Assembly (NCBI GenBank): GCA_028534125.1
Contig: CM052816.1
Span: 18,850,001 to 18,914,000 of the forward strand
DNA length: 64,000 nt
Direction of reading: 5' to 3'
From: Lama glama
Lineage: Eukaryota
The translations under genes and the position numbers were made by a program. Under the pieces are notes generated by a model. The model ran no database searches and was not told the DNA's origin. It saw nothing but the letters and a program-made list of their open reading frames with translations. This document shows, piece after piece, positions 12,200 to 25,189 of this stretch (its first letter is position 1; each line of letters begins with the position of its first letter).

Positions 12200-12460
12200 T
12201 CAGGTTCCATCACATCAGACTTCCGAACATGCCCGGCCTAGCCCTGACACCATGACACCTTTGCTAAGGCTAGTCCTCAGCTTGGGATTTTTTCTCCCCA
12301 TCTGCACTTGTTGAAATTCCATTTGTCTTCCAAAGTCTGTCTTATGAGTGGTCTTCTCTGAAAAGCCTTCCTTATCCCTTTATCAGAATGACCACCTCCA
12401 TAGCAGTTTTATGTGCACTATCGACTGCTTATCATAAGAGCTAGATGAAAATATCTCTTT
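12200..12460 (+). mobile_element. L2 fragment
   Basis: cctttgctaaggctagtcctcagcttggga...tcttctctgaaaagccttccttatccc. Confidence 0.5.
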
Positions 12461-12484
12461 TCTCCAAGATCAGTCCTCTGGCTC

Positions 12485-12670
12485 TAGTAAAGAACATGGG
12501 CTCTTCCATTCACTGGTGGGGAACCTTAGTCAAGTTACCGAACTCTCTAAGCTTCAGTATCTTTATCTCTAAAACTGAAGGATAGTGTCAAATATATAGA
12601 GCCGTTGGGAGCATTAAATATGATGATGCGGGTGAAGGTGCTTTGACCATATTATCCAGTAAATGTTGGT
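12485..12670 (+). mobile_element. MIR
   Basis: ccttagtcaagttaccgaactctctaagcttcagtatctttatctctaaaa...attaaatatgatgatg. Confidence 0.7.
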
Positions 12671-13066
12671 TGTGCTCTGAGAACTTGTGTCAGTATATGG
12701 GGTTGCTGGCTCACTAGTCTGGAAGCTCCTCCAGGCCAAGAACTAGATCGCTCTCCAGATGCTCCATAAATGTTGGCTGAATAAGACTGGACTTTTCCTT
12801 AGGAAAGTTAATCTTTGATAGCTGAGACCAGTCTGCCCTGCCCTCTCTGAACAGTGCTGAGTGGAGACAGAGGGCAAGTCAGCCCCTCAGCAGGAGAGTA
12901 AGGCCCATGGGAGACAGGTTATAATGGGAGGGACTCTTTGCTGCAGTAATGGGGACACCTCAGCCCCACCACAGCTTTAAAGGGTCCCTCCAATCTCACC
13001 ATCTGCCTTCCACAGCCAGGAAGAATCCATTCTTGTCCCAAGCCCACTTCCAGTTTGAAAATTTTT

Positions 13067-13244
13067 TTAATATAATTCATTATATTTGTATTTTTTAAGC
13101 CTTTTTGTGGGGGAGAGGAGGTAATTGGGTTTATTTATTTATTTTTAAGTTATTATTATTTTCTTTAATGGAGGTACTGGGAACTGAACTCAGGACCTTG
13201 TGCATGCTAGGCACATGCTCTACCACTGAGCTGTACCCTCCCCC
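13067..13244 (-). mobile_element. tRNA-derived SINE, camelid Vic-1-type
   Basis: Minus strand ggggagggtacagctcagtggtagagcatgtgcctagcatgcacaaggtcctgagttcagttcccagtacctcc; A box 13223-13233, B box 13180-13190; (AAAT)n, aattacctcc..cccc and A-rich tail; degenerate flanking direct repeat 13051-13066 / 13246-13261. Confidence 0.85.
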
Positions 13245-15329
13245 ACAGTTAGAAGGTTCTTCATTCAGGAGCCAGGGAGCGATATTCTAAGGAGGTCACC
13301 ATACAGGGGACTAGAAATTCAGCTTGGTCACCTTTTCAAGGGCCTCTGTGTTTATCCCCACATTGGGCAGGGCCACAAACACACAGGCGTTGGGCTTCAT
13401 TCTTATGAAGGCTGCAGCTGTTCTTGGCTTTTCCCCACCACCCGCCAGGAAACAACACAGAAACATAATTGAGCAGCTGTGGCTGTAAAAAGAATCTGCT
13501 TCAGAACAATATGTTGTGTCCTGTAAGTGGGTGCTGCAGGCTGGGTGACGGACAGTTAATATACGTGATAGGAGATGAGTCCACTCAGCACATCCCCAGA
13601 CTATTCTCTGTCTATGTCCCTGCCTGTGTGTTGTGGGTTCAGGGCTTACTGTACCATCCCTTCTAGCTCCCACTGGCTTGGATCCCCTCCCTTGGAGCAT
13701 GTATGTGAGACAGTCTCTCTCAGTACCACTACAGAGGTCATAAATGATGTGCTCAATTCCATGGACACCACTCATTTTTCTCTCTATTCTTGAGCAAGTG
13801 CCCATCAGGATCCATATTTGAATCACCAGGACCTGCCAACAGAGTTTTCACTGCATCCTCTGTCCCCCTCATGTCTGAACCTACTTGCTATGGGATTGTA
13901 GCCAGGTTTGGCCAAGCCACTCTTGCATACGTGTTGTTTTGAAAGTTTAGCACAGAATCCAAAACAATATTTCTCTTGGGTTCCTCTTCCAAGCCAACAG
14001 AGAAAGAGCTGCCTCCAAAAAAATAACACATTATTAACCAGTGAACAAGAGCCAAGACAACAATCTAGCCAGCGTATTTATTCCAAACTGCTTGTTTAGA
14101 ATGCAAATTGCAAATATATCTAATTCTACCAGGCTCTGTGGAGAATCAGGTTGAAGACTTCTTACAGCCAGCATAGCCAAGAAAACCACTCGAATTGGTT
14201 TGAGCCCTGCTGGCTCGTCAGTGGCCTGCCTAACACTGGGCACTCCTGCGTTTCCCAGATTAGAAGAACTTGCTCCATGCCGAAGGGCTCACTCCTAGAG
14301 CCCTGCTACTTTACACCTCCCACCTGATAGTAACACTCCTTCATCCCATGACTTTGCCTTGAGTGCCCATCTGGCCATAATCAGCAGCACCATCCAAAGG
14401 AAGCTTTCCTTTAAACAAAGGCAACATCCCCATGAGAAAAAAAAACAAAAGCCACTGTGACAGCCTTCATTAATGGGTGTCAGACCTGGCTCACAAGTGT
14501 GTGAAGGTCCAAACAAATTTGATTTATGAAAATTAAGCAAACTTTCCAGTAGGTTTGGCACAGGCACAGCACTAGAGAAAGGCCTTAATTATACTGCATC
14601 TACTCATTAAATAGATAAGATCTTAGCAGAGACAAGCTTGTTTCATCTTCAGGAAAAGAATGTAAATCCATCTGGCTCCATATTTCACAGTCATCAATAG
14701 CTGGAGGCTACGTGAAATGCCTGAAGTTTTCATTTTCCCAGATCCGGGGGTGGAACAGAAGCAAGACAGTATGATAATGACGGTGATGTATTGGAGCATT
14801 CCTGCCTCTACAGAGCCCCAGAGCCAAACGCCACACGTGTTCTAGATGAGACGCCAAAGCATAAAAAGACAAAGGAAGAAAGAGCCCTGCAGTTTATCAC
14901 AGAAATGCATTTTCTTGGGTAATCAATGGAAAGAGGATTCATACACTTAATGGTTTAGCTGACCCCTCTCCCACACCAGAAATAACTAATACTCTCTGAG
15001 CAAAAGCCTCCGAGTGCCCTAGGGCTTCTCAACAAGGTCATCAACTAGAGACTATTAATGAAAACCTACTGTATGGGCAACAGATTTCTAACACCCATGG
15101 GGAGTCTACTGTTGTTCAAATGAAAGTCCCTCAGAGGAAATACGGCTTTCTATGGAAGCTCCACCCATCAGAAGTCCCATAAGCCCCTCACCTCACAATC
15201 AGGCCTCAGAGGAAGAACAACTGTGAAACTAGGGAGTGTCTTTACAAAGGTACCCTCAGTCTTCAGACCTCTTTTCTTTCTCCTCTATCCTGGCTCCTTA
15301 GGGGGTTTTCATTCTTCCAAATGTCTTAC

Positions 15330-15420
15330 GTATCTTACAAAATCTATTTCTACATTTATATCTCCATGACAGGCCTCTTTCTCAAACTCTAGATTTTAAA
15401 TCCAACTGCCAACTTAACAA
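15330..15420 (+). mobile_element. L2 fragment abutting an L1
   Basis: atttatatctccatgacaggcctctttctcaaactctagattttaaatccaactgcc. Confidence 0.55.
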
Positions 15421-15434
15421 GTTTCTGGTCAATC

Positions 15435-18400
15435 AATTTAGTAGTATTTTTTTTCCTGTAGGTTCTTTAGGATTTTCTTTACATAAGATCGTGTTGCTTT
15501 TCAATAAAGATAGTTTGATTTCTTTCTTTTTAATTTACATGCCTTTAATTTCTCATTCTTGCTTCATCTTGTTGGCTAGGACCTCCAGTATAATGTTGAA
15601 TAGAAGTGGTGAGAATGAACATCCTTGTACTGTTTCTGATCTTGAGGGAAAAGTATTCAGTTTTTTAATGATCAAGTATGATGTTAGCTGTTGGTTTTTC
15701 ACAGATGCTCTTTATCAGGTTGAGAAAGTTCCCTTCAATTTCTAGTTTGCTGAGAATTTTGTAAAATGGGTGTTGAATTTTTGTCAAATGCTTTTGCTAT
15801 ACTTATTGAAATAATGATATGGTTTTTCTCCTCTATTCTTTTAATATACTGAGTTACAATGATTAATTTTTAAATGCTAAACCAAGCTTGTATTCCTGAA
15901 ATAAATCTCAACTAGTCATAATGTATAATACTTTTTATATATTTCTAGATTCAATTTCCTTATATTTCATTAAGAATATTTTTCTATATTTAGTTTCTCT
16001 ATATTCAAAAGGATATGGGTCTTTAGTTTCCTCTTTTATAATATCTTTGTCAGATTTTAGTATCAAAGTTATGTTGGCCTCATAAAATAAGTTGGGACTG
16101 TTTCCTTTTCCATTGTCTCAAAGAGTTAGTATTATATTAGTATCATTCCTTCGTTGAATGTTTGTTTCAATTCGCCTGTGAAGCTACCTGGGCCTGGCAT
16201 TTTCTTAGGAGGGAAGTTTTTTATTATGAATTTAATTTCTTTAATGGACACAAAACTATTCAGATTTTCTATTTCTTTTTGAGTCCATTTTCTACATTGT
16301 GTTTTCCAAGGAATCAGCACATTATATCTAAGTTGTCAAATTTCACTGGCATAAGTTGTTCATTATGTTCCCTTGTTTTCCTTTTAATAGATGTAGGACA
16401 TAGAGTGGGATACCTTCTTTCATTCCTAATAGTGGTAATTTGTGTCTTCTCTTTTTTTCTTATTTAATCTTGCCAGGAGTTTATCATATTCAAAAATCTT
16501 ATGATAGTGCCAACTTTTGGCTTTGTTAATTTTCCTTGGCTATGTTAATGTTTTCTATTTCACTGATTTCTACTCTTGTCTTTATTATTTCTTTCCTTTT
16601 ATTTACTTTGTGTTTGAAATGCTCATCTTTTCCCCATCTTCTTAACATGAGAATTTGAATCGCTGATCTTAAACTTTTTAGTATGTGTTTAAAGCTAGCA
16701 TTTCCTATCTACTGCATTAACTGCATGCCAACAGACTTTAATAAGTTATGTTTTCATGATCATCTGGTTTGAAACATTTCTAATTTACCACATATTTACT
16801 CCTAAAAGTGCATTATTTGGTTTTTCATAGACATTTTATTACTATTGATTTCTGCTTTAATGTTTCTATGGTGGGAGAACACACTCTAAATTTCAGTCCT
16901 TTGAATTTCAATATTTTTAAATTATTATATGGTTCTGCAACTGTTCTAACTGTAAACATTCCGTGTGCGCTTGAAAAGAACGTATATTCTGCAACTATTT
17001 AGTGCAGTTCTCTGTAAGTGTTAATTAGGTTAAGTTGACTGACAGGTCTGTTCAAGTTTTCCATATCTCTACTGATTGTGGATTTGTCTATTTTTCCTTT
17101 TTGTTCTGTCAATTTTGCCTCACATATTTTGAAATTTGATTGTAGGGGGCATATACATTTGGAATTGTTATGTTTCCCTTGTGAATTAATATTTCTGTTG
17201 TTTTGAAATGTCCCTGTCATCTCTGGTAATATTCCTTATCATGAAGTCTGTTTTGCCTGAAATTGGTAGAGGACACATCAGCTTTCTTCAGCTTCTAGTT
17301 TGCATAGTATATTTTGTAACTTTTTACTTTCAATTTATATTTAAAATGCATCTCTTATACATCGCACATAGTTTGGTCTTGCTTTTATATCCAGGCTGAA
17401 AATCTCTGCCTTTTAGTCCACTTTCATTTAGTCCAATTATTTATATGCTTGGGTTTAAATCTACTATTTTGCTGTTTGTTTTCAATTTGTCCTGTCTGTT
17501 CATCATCATTGTTTTATTCTGCTTCTGTTTCTTTTTTGCCGCCTTCTGAGTTAATCAAATATTTTAGCTTTCAATTTTATTTCCTTTATTAGATTTTTAG
17601 CTGTTTTTATTTTATATTTTAATGATTGCTCTAGAGATTACAATATGCATCCTCTCTATATGAGATGATGGATGTTAACTAAACCCAATCATTTCACAGT
17701 ATATTAGATCTAACCACCATGCTGTACACCTTAAACGTATACAGTGATATATACGTCAGTTATTTCTCAATAAAACTGTAAACAATGCATCTTTACTCAT
17801 CACAGTCTACTTAGAATTACTATTTTACTACTTTATAAAACATGTAAGGACCCTATAAATATAATTTCACTGTACTCCCCATTCTTTGTGCTACTTTTGT
17901 CATTCTTTTACCCCAACATAAATTATAAAACCCCACAATGAATGTTATTTTTTCCTTTCAAATAGTCGAGTATAATTTAAAGGTTTTATGAGGGAAAAAA
18001 GGACTTTTACACCCACCCACATATCAACCTTTTTCTGGCGCTCTTTGTTTCTTCCTGTGAAATCCAAGTTTCTATCTGACATATTCTTTCAGCCTAAAGA
18101 ACTTTCCTTAGCATTGCTTGTAATACAGTTTTTTCTGGCAACACGTCCTTTCAGCTTTTGTTTATCTGGAAGTTTCTTTATTTCACCTTCATTTTTAAAG
18201 GATATCTTCGCTGGATACCAGATACAGAATTCTCGTTGACACTGTTCCATTATCTTCTGAATTCTATTCTTTCTGATAGTAAGTAGCTGTTATTTATATT
18301 TTTGTTCCTCTGTTATGTATTGTGGTTTTTCCTCTAGGCTGAATTTTTTTCTTCTCCATTTGACTATGACGTTCCTTGGTTTGGATTTTGTTCAAGTGAA

Positions 18401-19450
18401 TCTGGCTTGGGGGTTGCTGAATTTCTGGGATCTGAGATTGATGTCTTCCAACAAATTTGGGAACTTTATGGCCATTATTTCCTAAAGTACTTTTCTGTCC
18501 TATTCTCTCTCTTGCCAGGCTTCCAGTTACTCATATGTTAAATGGTTTGCTGTTATCCTATAGGTCAGTGAGTCTCTGTTCAATTATCAAAATCTTTCTT
18601 TTCTCTGTTCTTCAGATTAAATCATTTCTATTGATTTCTCTTCTAGTTCACTGATCCTTTCTTCTTAAGTCTCTAATCTGATATAAATCCAGCTCAGGAA
18701 ATTTTTCATTTTAGATATTATACTTTTCAGTTTAAAATTTCATTTGGTATATTTTTATAGTTTCCATTCCTCATTATGTCTATCTTTTCCTTTAAGTTCT
18801 TAGACATATTTGTAGTAACAACTTTTAAATCTTTGTCTGCTAATTACAACTTATGGGTTATCTTATGGTCTTCCTTTTTTTTCTTAAATGTAACTGCTAG
18901 TTACATTTTACTGCTTCTTTGTATGTCTAGTAATTTTTTATTGTATTCCTGACACTGTCAAGAGTACCTTATATGAGTCTGAATAACATCATCTTCCTTT
19001 AAAGGGTATTGCTGTTTGTTCTAGAAGACAGTTAAATCATTGACCTTGATCTTGATCCTGTTGAGTTTGGTCTCATTCTTTGTTAGGGCTAGTTTAGTTC
19101 TATTTTTATTTTGTTTCCTCCTTAATTCCAGGGTATAGTTCTTATGCTAGGGCAAGGTTCTTATTTCTAAGACATGATATTTTCAGGATATTATCTGAAT
19201 GTTTGAAGTACTCATTGTGTTTTCTCCACTCTGACTTGACCATAGCTTAGACATCTCCCAGATCTTGAGACCTCTGGTGTTTCCATTTAACTCTCAGATC
19301 CAGAGAAGCCACTTTTTGCTAGGCTTTGTCGAGTATCACCCTATACAGAAACACCCAGCCCTCAGCCAAGAATCCACTAGGATTCCCATTTAAATTTCTG
19401 CAGTTTCCTCCTCTCCAATACCTTTTCCATATCACCTCCAAGTTCTGATC
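15435..19450 (-). mobile_element. Old L1 (L1M-type) 5' half: 5' region, ORF1, endonuclease and start of RT, decayed
   Basis: ORF 16132-16320 QKEIENLNSFVSIKEIKFIIKNFPPKKMPGPGSFTGE resembles L1 ORF2 QEEIESLNRPI..KSLPTKKSPGPDGFTAE; ORF 16999-17220 is EN-like; ORF1-end-like tatccagcgaagatatcctttaaaaatgaaggtgaaataaag near 18180-18220 (minus). Confidence 0.85.
17653..17782 (+). mobile_element. Short L1 3' end (L1MA-type) nested in the older L1
   Basis: gatgatggatgttaactaaac..catttcacagtatat..catgctgtacaccttaaac..tatttctcaataaaactg; flanked by caatatgcatc / caatgcatc. Confidence 0.75.
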
Positions 19451-20093
19451 TTTGCCTCATCTATCAATTTTGATTTGCTGTGTTTATTCAGAAAGCTGGT
19501 GATGGGTATTTGTGTAATATAAAGCTTTCTGAGCAATGCATGAGTGCTGAGGCCAGAAATTCTCATTGTCTGGCATCTGCCTGACTGTATGTAGCCCTTG
19601 CTACACAAAAGTAACTTTCTTCTAATACTCTTAGGATGATTATAGAGACAACATTTCTAGTTAACATCCCTGGCCTGCCCAAGTAATTTTTGCCTGAAGG
19701 AACATATTAAATGAGCTTTTCACAACTGTTGATAACTGAACATCATTTTTTTGGTCCTGTATTTTCCCTATTCTAGCTGGTTGCTTGATCAGACAGTTTG
19801 GTTATGAGACTGGATGCTACTTAAGATCCTTGAGTCTCAGCCTATCCAGTTTAAAAGTCACAGTATCTTATCCCTTTTGTTAGAAGAAGAGGGTAGATTG
19901 AGAACAGAAATGTGAAAGAAGTTTAACTTTTTAATGTTTGTGATTTGAGGTGTTTTTGTTTGTTTGTTTTTTGAGAATATGATATCATGTCATTGGCTCT
20001 CTTGACAAGATTCAGAGGAAGGGCCCATGTAGTTCTGAGAGTTGAAACAAGGTGCCTCACGATTTATATAAGGGTAGTGACATCTGCACATTA

Positions 20094-20939
20094 CTGTATC
20101 TCATTAAATCTAAGACCGTTTGATCACAAGACTTATTTTTGATATCTCAATTAAACTATGACATGATACCTCATCAAGAGCCTTGTCAGACACATGAAAT
20201 CAGTCAAATCATTCTGGCTCTTAAATTTTTTTCATCCTACTCCTGGGGATTTGATATTTATCCTGTCTTTAGTAGCATGACTTAGCAAGTAATACACAAT
20301 CTGTTGCACACACCTCAGTAACAAAATGAACACAGCTTCACATCCTGTGGCTAACTTCCAGGTCTAGTAAAGCCTTGTTACTCAAAGTGTGGCCTGGACC
20401 TGAAGCAGTGACATCACCTGGTTGCTGATTACAAATGAGCAACCTCAGGCTCAACCCTAGACCTACCTACCAAATAATATTAACAAGATGCTCAAGTGAT
20501 TTATTTTGCACGGTTAAGTTTAAGGAGAATTTCCATAAAGCACTTGGTTGTTGTTTTGCAAGAAAAAATGGAATTTTTGGCATTTCTCCAATGACAAATA
20601 TTTGCTTCACTAGTATCAGTTTTACATATCTCCACCGCCCCTTTTTTGTTTCAATGCCAAAGCTAGTAAAATCTTTTAAAAAACATTCTAAATATTAATG
20701 AAACCTAATATGTGTATTACCAAAATGCATACAAGTTCAAAACTCATTAAAGTAAAAATACAAACAGCTAAGATCAAGTTTTTACTTGCACAGGCAAGTA
20801 TACATTTACATTGGACAGGCAACGACAACCTGTCATGACTGCTTCTTGGCTAACAGTTACTGCACAACGTCATTAATTTCAGAGATGTTAAAATATGGAA
20901 AATAGGGAAAATGTGCATTCTAAAACTGATCAAATAGAG
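20094..20939. mobile_element. TcMar-Tc2 (Kanga/MER104-like) DNA transposon fossil
   Basis: Left end TA|ctgtatctcattaaatctaagac and right end ttcagagatgttaaaatatggaa..tgtgcattctaaaactgatcaaatagag|TA both resemble the TIR ccgtatttcatcgattctaagatgc; TA flanks. Confidence 0.6.
20370..20530. mobile_element. MER5-type hAT element nested in the Tc2 fossil
   Basis: gttactcaaagtgtggcctggacc..cagtgacatcacctgg..ctcaggctcaaccctagacctac..taacaagatgctcaagtgatt. Confidence 0.75.
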
Positions 20940-22464
20940 TAAGTGATGAAAATCATATTCATTCTTGATCTAGATTTTTTTGGAACTCAGAATCAAGGTA
21001 CTTAGTTACAACAATGAATACAATCCAAACATCCAGTGTGGTCCCTGTCACTGTGACATACCTGCTCATTAGAGAGTCTCCAACTGGCTTCCCTGGAGTT
21101 GGTAAAGGCTGAGGATGATGCCTTAACTAAGAATGGAGATCAAAACCTCTCAATCCACTTGTAACCAGTCAAAGTTGCTGTTGTATGCAAAAGGAATTTT
21201 CTTTGCTTTACTGCATGCCAGAGTTGTCAGCACTCACATTTTTTCTCTTGATGGAGAAACGTGGGATGAAAAAACACATTTTCTAAGAAAGACTTCTCCT
21301 GGATTAAATAAAAATAGCTATATTCCTCACCCTGAACTGTAGTGTGAAAAAAACGAATGAGTTAGGGACCATGAATAAATGAATCCCTCAACAATTTTTC
21401 ATCTGATTTTCCCTAACTGGTTTTAGAGACTGGAGCTCCTTGGAGTTGGTAACATGTGCTATTCTTTGTGTCCCTGTGTGCTTGATAAGTATTAGCTGAA
21501 CCTTCCTTCCCAAGAAGTGACAGGAGAGGGAAAGAAAAAGAGAGAATGAATGAATCTGGAAATCCTGTGACTCCCACAGCATCCCCTTCTTTACATAGAT
21601 TTCTTCCCCTGGTTCAACTCCAGCAGGAAGATATGGTTTCACATGGGCAGAAGTTGAACACTTGGCATGTTGTACTGGTTGTTTCGCCATTTTCAGAACC
21701 AGCACGTGATAGAAAGTTTACTTGTTGGTTATTTGTGTTGATAATATTGATGACAAATTACACATTCTGAAGGTCAGAGATGGGATCAGTTTAACTCATC
21801 CTGTATAATTTCAAATGCAATAGCTATTAAACAAACGCCCGTCAACACACATACCATGAGTAAGTGTTGGTTCGTAAGAGCTGGCTTTTAAAGGTCATCT
21901 TTTATACTTTTGACTCCAGTCCTGATGGATGCTCACTCTTCCTGTCTCTCCCTCTGCACTCAGGCAGTGTAGAACTTGGAAAATTCTTCCTGACTCCCAA
22001 GGGAAGCAGACCATACTTCAACAGAGATGTACAACATAGTCTGGCTTGGCTAGCCGCAGACCACATGTTTCCTGCTGTGTGAATATGGTATTGCTCAACC
22101 TCAGGGGTAATGGAAGTTGAAAATTTGCACCAGAGTCCAACATCTAAAGACTCTGGCTACTGTGCAAGCAGTTGCTACAGAGGCTGTTTCTAATACAAGA
22201 ACTGTGGGCTTGTTCCATTCTACATGCTGAGCTATTGATCAGAATAACAATGGCACTGTTAAATCTCCTGTCTGTCACTGAAACATGGGCCAATTCCTGC
22301 AGACATGTGTGTGACAGAAGCTTCCCTGAGCTTCACGGGGAAAGTGCCCTCTGCCCTAAGAAGCCAGCCATGCTAATCAGTTCTTTTCCATGACAAACAC
22401 CAGAAACGGCAAACCACAAAAATTGCAGCAATTCACAGATGACTGCATTGAGGCTTAAAATTTC

Positions 22465-22705
22465 ATGTCATCTTCTTTGACCATCCAGTCTGAAGTGATC
22501 TTTCCACAATTGGAAAACCCCAGAGCACATTCTCCACCCCCTGTTCATTGAACAAAGCCCTTGAGAGTACTGACTGACTTGTTTCTCCCTCTCACTGAAC
22601 AGTAAACCCCTTAAGAGCTGAGACTGTGTCTTATTCAGTTCCCCACAGTGCCCAGAACAGGGCCTGGCACCAAGTAGATTTTCTATTGTATTTGTTGGAT
22701 GAAAT
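22465..22705 (+). mobile_element. L2 3' fragment
   Basis: gactgtgtcttattcagttccccacagtgcccagaacagggcctggcacc..tatttgttggatgaa. Confidence 0.7.
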
Positions 22706-23084
22706 TAATTAGAAACATAATGTGCTAGATAGAAGGTGACTTATCTGTGGACAATCAGGAGGTCAATAGAACATTGTTATCCAAGACCAGTAAGTAATAA
22801 TTACTAGAATCGTTCACCTCTGATCCCAATATTCCTCTTGTTCCTTAAATATCTGTAGAAATAGGAGCCAGGAATGAGAGCTGGGGGAAAAACGTCCTGC
22901 TCAGTGTGAAAGAATGACAGATTCTGGTTTGATATAACTTTCTAACATTTGCTTCAGGGCAGACTTGTTTTAACCCTGAAAAGAGGATGAAATCTGAGAG
23001 ACCCAAGACTGAAGGAAGGATAAGAAGAATGGACCAAGCAAAGGAGAGTGAGTTTTCTGTCATTAGAGGTATTCCATTTCAAGG

Positions 23085-23284
23085 CAGTGGTGTGCAGGAT
23101 CTGGTCTGTACTTTGTCATGAGAGACAGCTGTATTTCTTCCCAACTCTGTAATCAGGAATGTTGTATTGATAGCTTGAAATCAGCCATGGTGGGAGTATT
23201 TACACCATGAAAACTGGCAAACGACAAGATTTTTTTCACTTTCCCCAGATAGCCAGTTGTTAAACATTTACCAGCACACCACTG
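23085..23284. mobile_element. MER63A-like hAT-Blackjack non-autonomous element
   Basis: Terminal inverted repeats cagtggtgtgc / gcacaccactg; internal agcttgaaatcagccatggtgggagtatttacacca. Confidence 0.85.
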
Positions 23285-24039
23285 ATCAAAGGGTAAGTGA
23301 CTGGTACTGAGGAAATTTATACATGAGAAGCTGCACTGAAGCACTGGTGAGCAAGATAACCTTTCAGGTCTCCTCCAGCACCAACTTATTAGAAGCATCT
23401 CTTGTCCCACCTGGAGAAAGAGACCCCAAGCCTGTGGGGGTTATTCTTGTTGTATAGGTTCCTAGGCCTGTACCCTACCCATTAAACTCTTTTATGGACT
23501 TAGCTACAGGTCTACGTCCCCAAAACCAACCCCACCATCACCACCAGACCCCAGCTCAATACATGCAGTCTCAGCACCTGGCAGGCAGTCGTGCTCAGAG
23601 CCCTGAGCTGGCAGACTTAACAGGATTATTGCCTGCTCTGAGAGATGAGAACATTTCTTTTCCCAAGTTACGTGGCAGATGTAGAGCAGCCCTGGACTCC
23701 ACCTCCTTGTGCACCAGCAGAAGCCAGAGGCAGGGTCACGGCTATTAGAGTTTTCCTATAGACAGCAGGGTGCCTTCTGAGGTCCATCCCAGGGATCCCA
23801 TTTCCCTGAGGAGCAGAGGCACCTGAGGCCACTGGTAAGGAAAGATGGGTACCGGAGTCAGTGGAGACAGAGTGGGGCAATTAGCAGTTGTCTCAAAACA
23901 AAGCTGCAACAAGAGGAGTTGCACTGCCTGGGAGATGCTTGGCTTCCCATGAATGAGGATTTCATCTGGCTCCAGTTACCTTGGCCCTTAGAGCCCCAAC
24001 AGAGCTCGAGAAATGAATCCTCCCCTATAGCCATGGCTA

Positions 24040-24460
24040 CTTGCTTTCTCCTTTCCATGGTGCACAGCCCAAGCCTGCCACGCATTAGGTACTCTAAAAA
24101 TATTTGCTGAGTGAGCAAACAAATAGATAACCACTGGAGCTCCGTCCTGAGCCTCTCAGATTTCAACCCCCTTTGAGGACCAAAAGTAGCCCACCTCCTC
24201 CAGAAGGCCTTCTCAAACATATGCATTAAGCATGCCATCAACCCAGGGCATCACTGAATCCTAAATCACTCCTTTCCATTCTCAAAAATCCCCCAGGGGA
24301 AGTCAGCCCATAATGACCCTCCACTTGGGCTTGTCTTAGCTTCCTGTGTGTAGGTCTTACTTCTCCAGGGAGATGATCATGAGCTCCTTGAAGGAGGAAC
24401 TGAGCTTCCTCTTTCTCTAGTGTCCTTCTATAGCCTCTAGTTCACAGTCAGGGACTCACT
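24040..24460 (+). mobile_element. Two L2 3' fragments
   Basis: gcctgccacgcattaggtactctaaaaatatttgctgagtgag; tgagctccttgaaggagg..ctagttcacagtcagggac. Confidence 0.5.
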
Positions 24461-25189
24461 GTCCCATGATGACTGGTCATTGGCCAGGTCCTTCATTCAC
24501 TAGATCACAGCTCAGTTTGAGAAGATATTTTGTCCCTCCATCCTGAACTGTTTCTCCAAAGTGATTTTGGAAGAAGTACCTGTTCCTTGCCTTTGGTTGT
24601 GGGGTACACTGGGTTACAGAATGGACCCCGTGCCAGCATTGTCTCCCCATAAGGTAACAGAAATGGCAACCACATCCTCACAAGGAAGCAGCAGAACCCA
24701 CAGGCCAAGCACACACAGCACCTCCTTATCACCCAGCAACATAGAATTGGTCTTGCCTTCATACCTTGTTCTTGGAGAGAAAATTGGGCTGTGTGAAAGA
24801 CACAGTTATGGGCAATGTACCCCTAGAGAACAACAATGAAACAGTATAAAGCACTTGACCTTCTCCAATTCTTAGTCTCAGAAAATAGCTCAAGCCCTGG
24901 GGAGAATGGGTGAGCTCTTCCTGCCACTGAGAGAATTCAGAAGTCAAGAGGAGAATGTCAGCCATTTGCCAACATGGGATTTAAATTAAGTTTTCAATTC
25001 CTTTTAAAGCTCATAATGTTTATGCAGATTCTAAAACAGAGCAAAGAAGATATTTGCTACTTCACTGTATAAAAATCTAAATCCAGGGGAATTAGTTTTT
25101 ATTGCTGATTCTAAACTTAGTACCAGGAGAGCTGATTTGTTTTGTCCAAATGAAAACTGTGATTAGATCATCCTCACATCTACACGTAT

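Noticed and set aside
14740..14920. Plus-strand acceptor (ttttcattttcccag) followed by an open frame of about 58 codons
   Set aside because: Only a weak donor (gtaatc) and no recognisable peptide.
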